A stretch of DNA of 64,000 nt from Alphaproteobacteria bacterium (GTDB taxonomy: Bacteria > Pseudomonadota > Alphaproteobacteria > Rs-D84): assembly GCA_017535105.1 (NCBI GenBank), contig JAFXUI010000001.1, positions 174,612 to 238,611 of the forward strand, read 5' to 3'. Made by a program: the position numbers and the translations under genes. Each line of letters starts with the position of its first letter. The first letter of the stretch is position 1. The notes beneath the pieces are model-generated. The model was not told the DNA's origin. It made no database searches and saw only the letters and a list, made by a program, of their open reading frames with translations. This document shows positions 45,492-53,609 of the stretch, piece by piece.

Positions 45492-46106
45492 ATGAAAAAA
45501 ATATTTATCGCGATATTGGGTTTGTTTATTATCGGTACGTCAAATGCGGCGGTTGATTCCACGTTGGTTTCGCGCGCGGAAAAATATTTAAATGGTATTA
45601 CGGGACTTGCTGGTGACTTTGTACAAACCTCGAACGGTCGCATAGACAAGGGGACATTTGCAATGTTGCGTCCGGGGCGTGTACGGTTGGACTATGATAA
45701 TATGCCGGTGCAACTTATTGCCGATGGCAAAGATTTATATTTCTTTGATAAATCATTGGATCAAATTACAACGGTGCCATTATCCAGTACACCGGCCGGA
45801 ATTTTAATTCGCAAAAATATCAATTTAAGAAATGCCGATATCAATGTTGTTGAAACAAAATCTGATGCGAAAACTTTTTCATTAAAAATGAATCTGCGTG
45901 GGCAAGAAGGTTTGGGCAACATGACGGTTGTGTTTGATGCAAACCCAGTCAAATTAAATTCATGGAGTGTGGTTGACGCAACGGGCGCAAAAACAGACGT
46001 TGTGTTTAACGGCTTAAAAACAAAAACAAGTTTTGGTAAAAACTATTTCCAAATTGGACGGCATAAAACAGTCAGTACCAGTGGTGGTGATGACTTTTAT
46101 GATTAA
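45492..46106 (+). CDS. lolA: outer-membrane lipoprotein carrier protein LolA
   Basis: 204 aa. Signal peptide, FVQTSNGRIDKGTFAMLRPGRVRLDYDNMPVQLIADGKDLYFFDKSLDQIT is the LolA pattern. Confidence 0.8.
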   Translation: MKKIFIAILGLFIIGTSNAAVDSTLVSRAEKYLNGITGLAGDFVQTSNGRIDKGTFAMLRPGRVRLDYDNMPVQLIADGKDLYFFDKSLDQITTVPLSSTPAGILIRKNINLRNADINVVETKSDAKTFSLKMNLRGQEGLGNMTVVFDANPVKLNSWSVVDATGAKTDVVFNGLKTKTSFGKNYFQIGRHKTVSTSGGDDFYD

Positions 46107-46115
46107 GGGTCGTGT

Positions 46116-46406
46116 ATGTTCGGTATAAGCGTTGCAGAACTTTGTGTTATTATAATTGTTGCCGTATTAATTGTACCGGCACGCAATTGGCCAGATGTTG
46201 CACGCTTTTTAGCACGCGTGGTTAAGTTTGTTCGTGGCATTATTTGGAAAATTACAGATGCATCTGAAAAAATCAAAACACAAATTGATTTAGAAAAACC
46301 CATTGATGATTTAATCAAAACAACCACTGACGATATATTGGCGGACTTTTCATTGCCGCGTAAAAAAACAAAATCTGTAAAACGAAAAACGGGGCGCGCG
46401 AAATGA
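46116..46406 (+). CDS. tatB: twin-arginine translocase subunit TatB
   Basis: 96 aa. MFGISVAELCVIIIVAVLIVPARNWPDVARFLARVVKFVRG. Overlaps the tatC start. Confidence 0.8.
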   Translation: MFGISVAELCVIIIVAVLIVPARNWPDVARFLARVVKFVRGIIWKITDASEKIKTQIDLEKPIDDLIKTTTDDILADFSLPRKKTKSVKRKTGRAK

Positions 46407-47113
46407 AAAAGATGACAATGTTGCAACATATTGCCGAACTTCGCCGCCGGATTCTTTGGACGTTTGCGGTGTTTGTTGGCGTGCTTGTTTTGGGGTGGTG
46501 TGTTGCACCGTTTGTTCAAGATTTTTTAACCGCGCCATTGATAAATACTTGGCCGAATGGGGCGTTGTTATATTCGGGTATAACCGATGGTTTTATGATT
46601 CAAATGTCGTTGGCATTTTTGTTTGGGCTGGTTGTGATAATTCCTTTTGCACTGTGGCAGGTGTGGGCGTTTGTCGCGCCGGGCCTTAAAAAGAACGAGA
46701 AAAAATTTATCGTGCCGATATTACTGTTGTCGCCAATTTTATTTTTGATTGGGGCGGGGTTTGCGTTCTATGTTTTGTTGCCATTTGTGTTTCGATTCTT
46801 TATCGAATTAAATGAATCATCACCGGTGCCATCGTTGATGTTGCCGGTTGCACGTGATTATTTATCTTTTTCAATTGGTATGTTAAAGGTATTCGGAATT
46901 GCGTTTCAATTACCGCTGGTTATGGTGATGCTTAATCGACTTGGTATTTTATCGCGGTCGCGGGTTGTGAAAATGCGACGTTATGCGATTGTGTTTATTG
47001 TAATTGCAGCGGCGATTTTAACACCACCCGATATAGTGTCCCAGATTTTGTTGGCTGTGCCAATGTGGTTGTTGTTTGAAGTCAGCATTTTATTTATGCG
47101 GGACACGAAATAA
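46403..47113 (+). CDS. tatC: twin-arginine translocase subunit TatC
   Basis: 236 aa. LQHIAELRRRILWTFAVF and a six-TM TatC topology. Confidence 0.9.
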   Translation: MKKMTMLQHIAELRRRILWTFAVFVGVLVLGWCVAPFVQDFLTAPLINTWPNGALLYSGITDGFMIQMSLAFLFGLVVIIPFALWQVWAFVAPGLKKNEKKFIVPILLLSPILFLIGAGFAFYVLLPFVFRFFIELNESSPVPSLMLPVARDYLSFSIGMLKVFGIAFQLPLVMVMLNRLGILSRSRVVKMRRYAIVFIVIAAAILTPPDIVSQILLAVPMWLLFEVSILFMRDTK

Positions 47114-47164
47114 AATAGACGTATAAATGTTTATTTATTGCCGAAAATGTGATATAATTTCGGT

Positions 47165-48817
47165 GTGAAAAAAATCAGTATATTTTTGTTGCTTGCAACC
47201 TTTGGTTTTGCGGCGTGTGATTTACAGCCGCGTATAAAAGCATTGCCCGATACAGTTGGTGATTTTATTACTGAACGTTACCCGACATTGTTGGCGGATC
47301 CAAATGCACAACCTGAGATTTATAATTCGGCGGCAACAGACTATGGTGTGTATGCGTCACCGGAAATATATGGCTCATCGGACGTTGATAACTATGTTTT
47401 ATATTCATCGGTTGATGATTATATCGTTCCCCCAGATGAAGAAGAACTCGCTGTCCAAGAAGAAGTAGTGGAAGAAGCAACAGAGGTTGCCAAGGAAGAG
47501 ACACAAGAAGAACCGCAAGAAAAAGAAGACACCGAAGAATTTGCCAGTGATGATGTTTTAACAATTCCAGAAAGGGCGACCGAACCAGTGAAAGAAACCG
47601 CGTCCCAAGAAGTCCCAGAACCCAAAGAGTCAGAAGACGATATAAACTGGAAAGACGATTCAACAAGTGATGATGAATTAAATGTGCCACGGTACAGCGA
47701 TGGTGAATTTGTGACGGTTGTGCGTGGCGATACACTGTATTTGATTGGCAAAAAATATAATTTGACGGTTGCGGAACTTGCGAAAATGAACAACCTTTCG
47801 GATCCATACGTGTTAAAGGTGGGGCAAAAATTACGTATTCGTGCGGCGGAACCTGTGGCGACAGAAAAACCAAAATCGGAACCAAAAGCAGAGCTAAAAC
47901 CAGAACCAAAACCAGAAACTAAAACTGAACCCAAGCCAGAGCCCAAGAAAGAAGTAAAGGCGGAAAAGAAACCGGTGGCCAAGGTGGATGCGTCACGCAA
48001 AACGACAACGCGTGTTGATGTGGAACATATTACGGTGACACCGGGCGATACACTGTATTCATTGTCGCGTAAGTATTCGATACCGGTGAACGACTTGGCG
48101 GTAATGAACGATTTAACTGCGCCGTTCGCGCTGTATGCCGGACAAAAGTTAAAGGTGCCAGATTTATCAACTGCGCCGGTGCGTACCGCAAAGCCGTCTG
48201 AAACCAAACCGGTAAAAACGGAAAGCGCGCCAGCGACTAAACAAACAGACAAACCAAAAACCGAACAAAAGCAATCGGCAAAACCAGGCCAGAAACAGAC
48301 TGAAAAACAACCAGTAAAACAGGCAACAAAGCAGGCACAAAAGCCCGCCCAGAAAGCCGATAAAAAACAACCAACACAGAACCCAAAGGCAAAACCGACA
48401 ACGGCCGCGGCAAAAAAGCCGGCGATAATGGCGCGTTCGTCATCGCGATTCTCGTGGCCGGTGCGGGGTAAGATTTTGTCTAACTATGGCGCCAAAACCA
48501 ATGGGCTGTTTAATGATGGTATCAACATTGGTGCGGTACGTGGGTCATCGGTCTTGGCAGCGGAAAATGGTGTTGTGGCGTATGCCGGGAACGAGGTTAA
48601 GGGTATGGGGAACCTTGTTATTATCCAGCATTCTGACGGTTGGATGACGGTTTATGCGCACATGGATTCAATGCTTGTCCGGCGCGGGTCGCGTGTTGGG
48701 GTGGGGCAAAAAATTGGTACCGTTGGCCAAACAGGCAAGGTTGATAAACCACAATTACATTTTGAGGTACGTAAGGGAACCAAGGCATATAACCCGATTC
48801 AGTACTTGAAAAAGTAG
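47165..48817 (+). CDS. nlpD: NlpD-like lipoprotein: 2 LysM domains + degenerate LytM (M23) domain
   Basis: 550 aa, GTG start. Lipobox FAA-C, acidic and K/P-rich linkers, two LysM domains (VRGDTLYLIGKKYNLTVAELAKMN; TPGDTLYSLSRKYSIPVNDLAVMN). The M23 domain has ligand substitutions (NDGINI for HxGxD; PQLHFE for HxH), as in amidase activators. Confidence 0.85.
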   Translation: MKKISIFLLLATFGFAACDLQPRIKALPDTVGDFITERYPTLLADPNAQPEIYNSAATDYGVYASPEIYGSSDVDNYVLYSSVDDYIVPPDEEELAVQEEVVEEATEVAKEETQEEPQEKEDTEEFASDDVLTIPERATEPVKETASQEVPEPKESEDDINWKDDSTSDDELNVPRYSDGEFVTVVRGDTLYLIGKKYNLTVAELAKMNNLSDPYVLKVGQKLRIRAAEPVATEKPKSEPKAELKPEPKPETKTEPKPEPKKEVKAEKKPVAKVDASRKTTTRVDVEHITVTPGDTLYSLSRKYSIPVNDLAVMNDLTAPFALYAGQKLKVPDLSTAPVRTAKPSETKPVKTESAPATKQTDKPKTEQKQSAKPGQKQTEKQPVKQATKQAQKPAQKADKKQPTQNPKAKPTTAAAKKPAIMARSSSRFSWPVRGKILSNYGAKTNGLFNDGINIGAVRGSSVLAAENGVVAYAGNEVKGMGNLVIIQHSDGWMTVYAHMDSMLVRRGSRVGVGQKIGTVGQTGKVDKPQLHFEVRKGTKAYNPIQYLKK

Positions 48818-48829
48818 GTTGTAAAATAC

Positions 48830-48857
48830 TTGCATTTGTAACAAAAGTAAGTATAAT
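48830..48857 (+). promoter_or_regulatory. sigma70-type promoter of tRNA-Lys
   Basis: TTGCAT (48830-48835), 16 nt, TATAAT (48852-48857). The tRNA 5' end is 11 nt downstream. Confidence 0.6.
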
Positions 48858-48867
48858 AAGCGGCACT

Positions 48868-48943
48868 GGATGCATAGCTCAGTTGGTAGAGCAACTGACT
48901 CTTAATCAGTGGGTCCAGGGTTCGAGTCCCTGTGCGTCCACCA
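48868..48943 (+). tRNA. tRNA-Lys (anticodon CUU)
   Basis: 76 nt cloverleaf folded by hand: acceptor GGATGCA/TGCGTCC, D arm GCTC-AGTTGGTA-GAGC, anticodon arm ACTGA-CTCTTAA-TCAGT, T arm CAGGG-TTCGAGT-CCCTG, encoded CCA. Confidence 0.95.
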
Positions 48944-48950
48944 AAATAAC

Positions 48951-48979
48951 AAACCGCCAAAATGGCGGTTTTTCTTTTT
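48951..48979 (+). terminator. intrinsic terminator after tRNA-Lys
   Basis: AAACCGCC-AAAAT-GGCGGTTTTTCTTTTT. Confidence 0.75.
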
Positions 48980-49043
48980 ACTTGCTTTTTTCAAAATATT
49001 ACGTGTATCATTAAAGTAATAACAACAACCAAAGGAAAGAGAA

Positions 49044-50612
49044 ATGAAAAAATATTTTCTTCTTACATCTGTTTTAGCATTGGCTGCCTGTGGCGGCGGT
49101 AGTGGTGGCGGCGGCGGAAGTTCGAATACGCCCGCTCGTAATGTCGTGGTTCCGGCAACTTTGCATGGTGGTGCAATTGCGCCAGAAGACATCACAAGTA
49201 ACCAAGCAATTACACAGATGAATTCGGAAGTTATCGTTTCTTCGAATAGTTCTTTGCCCCTGTCTCGTTCTGCAAGTGTGACATCGGGTGGGGTAACTTT
49301 CTCTTCGTACAGATTGGACGATGTTAAATTTTATGCTGCGGATGCGGCACATACTGCGGACGGCTATTTGCAACTTGGTATAAATGATGATGGGCGCATT
49401 GACAGAATGTTTATGGTGGTTGGTGGTGTTGGTGCTGATGCCGCAGTTGCGCGTGATGGTGAGAACAGCACATTCAAGGCCCCTATATTTGAATATGTCC
49501 AAGACGAAAAGAAAGGTGAAATTGCAAATTCTGGACAAGATGAATCTGCACTGGAGACATATAGAGCTTCACAAGGTTGGTCATCCAAGGGTTATTGGAA
49601 ACTTAATAACGTCACAGATAAATATGAATATTATAAACTAGGGGATGAGGCATCATATCGTACAGTTGGTACATCAGAAACAACGTTTGGTTCATTGGAA
49701 TCCTTGGAAACAGAACATAATTTGAATGGTGGACATTGGAATCGTACAGATGAAGTTCTGCCAGTCGTTACATATGGTGGCAATATTGATGGTGAGGGTA
49801 CTGCGTTACAGTATTCTGATTTTGGACGTTTTAATCCAGTATACAAAACAAAACGCGTTTTCTTGAATGGCGGAGACGAAAGTTCTGGGTGGACACATGA
49901 CGTTTCGAAAAGTGGCGAATATAAAGAACATGACAATGATGCAATGATAGTTGAACTTGCCAAGGAAGACTATCAATTGTTTGCTGGTGGTTACGCGATT
50001 CATGGAACAACCATGGACGAAGACAGACCGTCATTAAACCCAGTTAGTGGTCAGACATACAAGGGTATGGCGGTTGGTCGGGTGTATACTTCTGTTGAAT
50101 GTAATGGGTGCTCTTTTGCAGACAAAAAAGCTGCTGCTACCGCTTATGGTATCACATTTAATCCAAGTATTACAGAAGATGACTTTAATAACCAAGAAAT
50201 TGGTCGTGATATAGCAAAAGAGTTCAGGACATACGAAGCGACAATGGAAGTCACTACCGAAGGTGGTAAGATTGCAGAAACGTTGACAATGCCTTTCTAT
50301 ACTTCGCCTGTTACAGCAACGCCACAATACTATGATGTCGAAATCAAACAGGTTGATGGTGTTATGGATCATGTGACGTTTGATGCCGCCGATGAAAATG
50401 ATATTGCATCGCAATACAGATTACATGGTGCGGATAGTTCGTGGAATTATGCGGAAGTAAGCTTTAACCCAGGATACTATGGCGTAAATACTCCGTCTGA
50501 GGCTGCTGGTACCGCGGCGATTCGTGCACGGCAAGAAAATGCGAAAGGTTACGGCGAAAAACGTGACTATGAAGTTCAGGCCGCATGGGGTATGAAACTG
50601 CAAGAACCGTAA
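49044..50612 (+). CDS. TbpB/fHbp-like surface lipoprotein (candidate Slam/T11SS cargo)
   Basis: 522 aa with AAAGGAAAGAG SD. Lipobox LAA-C followed by the poly-Gly tether CGGGSGGGGGSS. C-terminus FNPGYYGVNTPSEAAGTAAIRA...EVQAAWGMKLQ resembles the last strands of the TbpB-type beta-barrel domain. Confidence 0.6.
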   Translation: MKKYFLLTSVLALAACGGGSGGGGGSSNTPARNVVVPATLHGGAIAPEDITSNQAITQMNSEVIVSSNSSLPLSRSASVTSGGVTFSSYRLDDVKFYAADAAHTADGYLQLGINDDGRIDRMFMVVGGVGADAAVARDGENSTFKAPIFEYVQDEKKGEIANSGQDESALETYRASQGWSSKGYWKLNNVTDKYEYYKLGDEASYRTVGTSETTFGSLESLETEHNLNGGHWNRTDEVLPVVTYGGNIDGEGTALQYSDFGRFNPVYKTKRVFLNGGDESSGWTHDVSKSGEYKEHDNDAMIVELAKEDYQLFAGGYAIHGTTMDEDRPSLNPVSGQTYKGMAVGRVYTSVECNGCSFADKKAAATAYGITFNPSITEDDFNNQEIGRDIAKEFRTYEATMEVTTEGGKIAETLTMPFYTSPVTATPQYYDVEIKQVDGVMDHVTFDAADENDIASQYRLHGADSSWNYAEVSFNPGYYGVNTPSEAAGTAAIRARQENAKGYGEKRDYEVQAAWGMKLQEP

Positions 50613-50630
50613 TGGTGTTTTATATGTTGA

Positions 50631-50662
50631 AAATTCAGCCCGTTTTTACGGGCTGAATTTTT
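50631..50662 (+). terminator. hairpin/terminator between lipoprotein and Slam-like gene
   Basis: 12-bp stem AAATTCAGCCCG-TTTTTA-CGGGCTGAATTT followed by TT. Confidence 0.6.
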
Positions 50663-50687
50663 CAATATAATTTGTATTTAATTTTTT

Positions 50688-52061
50688 ATGCATTACAATA
50701 CGAACGTGTTGCGAAAGGTTTTAATTCTTTGTTGTGCGATATTTGTACCAGTGTGTGCGCTGGCCAATGATTCTGGTACACAAAAAAATGTTATGATGTC
50801 CACTACTGATGTTATGAAGTTGGCTGGTGATTTGGTTTATGCTGGGGAATATGAAAAAGCGCAAGACATCCTTGTTAAAATGCCACAGACATATAATTTG
50901 CCGATTGAAATTGAACGTTGGTATTTACTTGCACAAATTGAGCAAAAGAAAGGCAACATTGACGAAGCAATCAAGATTTATCGAAAAATTTTAGATGATC
51001 AGCCGGATCTTGCCAAGATTAGATATGAACTTGCAATATGTTATATGGAAAAAGGCCAATGGTATCGTGCAGATTATCATTTGCGCTTGGCTATGGCGGG
51101 GGCTGATATTCCACCAGAAATAAGACAACGTATGATGTATTTGCGATATATCGTGCGACAAAATAAACGTTGGAACGTATGGTTTAACTTTGGTGCCGCG
51201 CCCGATACCAATGTGAACCAAGCCACAGGTGGCAAGGAATGTATCCGTGATACAAGTGGTTTCGGTTATTTGTGGTGTCGTGATTTACCAGAACCCGAAA
51301 GTGCGGTTGGTTATAATTTAATGCTGGGTGGGAATTACGAATTTGTGTTATCCAAAAATTGGCGTTGGAAAAATGATGCGACTATATACACGAATGTGTA
51401 TGACAAGCACAGATATGATGATTTGTATTTGTCGGCATCCACTGGACCGCGATATGTCTGGGAACGTGGCGATGTCTGGTTGGCAGGGGTCGCTAATCGA
51501 AGTTGGTATGGTTGGGACAGGTATAATTGGGCATTGGGCACAAGGTTGGATATCAACTATGATTTTACGAACAAGTTATCATCGGGTTTAAGTTTTCGTG
51601 TGATGGATAATAATTATGACGAATACGGCGACTATATGGACGGTCAAACTTATTCGACATTACCACACATATCATATTCGCTTGACTCTACTACATATAC
51701 AGTATTGCGCGGTACATTGGAACATAATACGGCACAAAATGATGCGTATGCAAACAACAGATACGGGGTAAGTTTTGGTATCGGTTCCGAATTGTTATAC
51801 GGTTTCCATGTGTATTTGGAACCAAGTTTTATGTGGACACAATATCAAGGTGAACGTGTTTATGTGAAAAACAATACACCTGTGATTGGTAAAGAACGCG
51901 ATTTTTTACAGCGGTATTCGTTGTCGCTGTCCAACAACAAGTTTGATTTCTGGGGATTTGTTCCGACAATAACAGTCAGTTATACTAATAAAGATTCAAA
52001 CATTCACTCGCGTGAATATGAAAAGATTTCCGCAGAGTTTACTTTCCAGCAACGTTTCTAA
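50688..52061 (+). CDS. Slam (surface lipoprotein assembly modulator, DUF560; type XI secretion-like) outer-membrane protein
   Basis: 457 aa. Signal peptide, N-terminal TPR region (AGEYEKAQDILVKM...KKGNIDEAIKIYRKILDDQPDLAKIRYELAICYMEKGQWYRADYHLRLA), then beta-barrel region starting KRWNVWFNFGAAPDTNVNQA and ending ...AEFTFQQRF. Confidence 0.65.
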   Translation: MHYNTNVLRKVLILCCAIFVPVCALANDSGTQKNVMMSTTDVMKLAGDLVYAGEYEKAQDILVKMPQTYNLPIEIERWYLLAQIEQKKGNIDEAIKIYRKILDDQPDLAKIRYELAICYMEKGQWYRADYHLRLAMAGADIPPEIRQRMMYLRYIVRQNKRWNVWFNFGAAPDTNVNQATGGKECIRDTSGFGYLWCRDLPEPESAVGYNLMLGGNYEFVLSKNWRWKNDATIYTNVYDKHRYDDLYLSASTGPRYVWERGDVWLAGVANRSWYGWDRYNWALGTRLDINYDFTNKLSSGLSFRVMDNNYDEYGDYMDGQTYSTLPHISYSLDSTTYTVLRGTLEHNTAQNDAYANNRYGVSFGIGSELLYGFHVYLEPSFMWTQYQGERVYVKNNTPVIGKERDFLQRYSLSLSNNKFDFWGFVPTITVSYTNKDSNIHSREYEKISAEFTFQQRF

Positions 52062-52164
52062 AAAATCTTTTTTGGCGGTGGAATCCATACCTATGTAATA
52101 TCGCGATTTTGTCTGTTATTATTCTCTACATAGACATGAAAACTGAAACCAAAAAGGAGAAAAA

Positions 52165-52770
52165 ATGAAAAAATTAGCAGTATCAGCACTGGCAATTGTG
52201 TTGGCGGCCCCAGCATTCGCCGGTCAAAACCAGGACCCTGCATTTACCGTTATGGGTTTGGACCCATATATCGCATTGCGTGGCGGTTTGGGTTATAACA
52301 ACTTGAACTATTCGTTCAATGGTAAAAAAGAATCTTCCGAAGACCTCGATTTTCGTGGCCGTGTTGCGATGGGTTTGGACATCTGTGATACGGTGCGTTC
52401 TGAAATTGAATGGTCGTTGTTCAGCAAGGCAAAAGACACCAAAGATTTTGGTGATATCAAAGATGTAAAAATTGAAAGCAAGTTGCAAACGTTGATGTGG
52501 AATTCATACTGGGAATTCGGCGACTATCAAATGATTCGTCCGTTCGTTGGTATGGGTATCGGTATGGGCTTTACAGACGTGACACGTAAAGGTGATGCGA
52601 TTGCAAAACATCACGAAGAAAAAACACGTTTTGCAGCAATGGGTTCGCTGGGTATGACATTTGACTGGCAAGTATTTGCAGTTGATGTTTCCGCAAGATA
52701 TAACTATGTCGATGTTCGTTCCGGAATGCATGACTTTGGTGGTGATATCGGTGTAAGATTTATGTTCTGA
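52165..52770 (+). CDS. small outer-membrane beta-barrel protein (Omp25/Opa-like, 8-stranded type)
   Basis: 201 aa with AAGGAG SD. Signal peptide ...APAFA, GLDPYIALRGGLGY..., C-terminal DIGVRFMF. Confidence 0.7.
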   Translation: MKKLAVSALAIVLAAPAFAGQNQDPAFTVMGLDPYIALRGGLGYNNLNYSFNGKKESSEDLDFRGRVAMGLDICDTVRSEIEWSLFSKAKDTKDFGDIKDVKIESKLQTLMWNSYWEFGDYQMIRPFVGMGIGMGFTDVTRKGDAIAKHHEEKTRFAAMGSLGMTFDWQVFAVDVSARYNYVDVRSGMHDFGGDIGVRFMF

Positions 52771-52793
52771 TGAACAAAAATCTTTTGTGTATG

Positions 52794-52825
52794 TATCGCC
52801 AATTTTTATTGGCGATATTTTTTTA
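52794..52825 (+). terminator. intrinsic terminator after OMP gene
   Basis: TATCGCCAAT-TTTT-ATTGGCGATA followed by TTTTTTT. Confidence 0.75.
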
Positions 52826-52941
52826 TGAAAACGCGCTATGTGCATTGTTTCCTGGGGTTTATGAAATCAAACCTGGGGATATGTTTTATTTTTTAATATA
52901 AAATTATTATGCATAAACATAAAAACCAAAGGAGAGAATAT

Positions 52942-53511
52942 ATGAAAAAATTGACCGCGTTGGCATCATGTTTTGGGGCTGTTGTTATATTGGCCGGCTG
53001 TTCATCTTGTCCAACAAAACAATACACGCATCATAATGAGCAAGCATATCACGCAAAGAAACAACATCATAAAAAACAACAAAAAATGCAATCAGGGACA
53101 CCGCAATTAACAGAAACAGTTGTGTTCTATCAAACCTATGACGTGTCAGATATTGATAATGTAACGGCAAATATGTTCACACGTAGTTCACGCGGGGGCG
53201 AATCTGCAATGGGAACAATAAAGTTCGTTGAAACCAATGATGGCTTACATATGAAAACAGACCTTATAGACTTACGCCCGGGGGTAACATATACCGCGCA
53301 TGTTTATCAGTGTGGTTCGTGTAATAACGACAGTATGTGCTGTGACACATCGCCAATGTCGATTGATTTGCCAAAGTTAAAGATTGAACAGGCGGGTCGT
53401 TTGCAAAAATCATATATCATTCGTGGTTTGACAGCGGCGCAATTGAATAACGCAAAATTGGTGCTGACACGTGACGGTGGGTACAAGGCAGCGTGGGGTA
53501 AAATAAAGTAA
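52942..53511 (+). CDS. Cu,Zn-superoxide-dismutase-fold lipoprotein lacking most metal ligands
   Basis: Trimmed to [22 protein letters not shown] (lipobox LAG-C) with [48 protein letters not shown] and the C-terminal AAWGKIK parallel SodC [30 protein letters not shown] and ACGVIK. Confidence 0.55.
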   Translation: [189 protein letters not shown]

Positions 53512-53533
53512 TTTGATTACTTTGTTCAATGTG

Positions 53534-53562
53534 AAAAACGGGGACTTTTCCCCGTTTCTTTT
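53534..53562 (+). terminator. intrinsic terminator after SodC-like gene
   Basis: ACGGGGA-CTTT-TCCCCGT followed by TTCTTTT. Confidence 0.7.
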
Positions 53563-53609
53563 AATTTTTTTGTTTTAGGAATACTTTCCTTTGTGCTAAG
53601 GTTTTCCTT

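Noticed and set aside
47268-48252. 213-aa and 277-aa minus-strand ORFs
   Set aside because: Antisense to the low-complexity linker of the NlpD-like gene. Repetitive codons keep the frames open on both strands.
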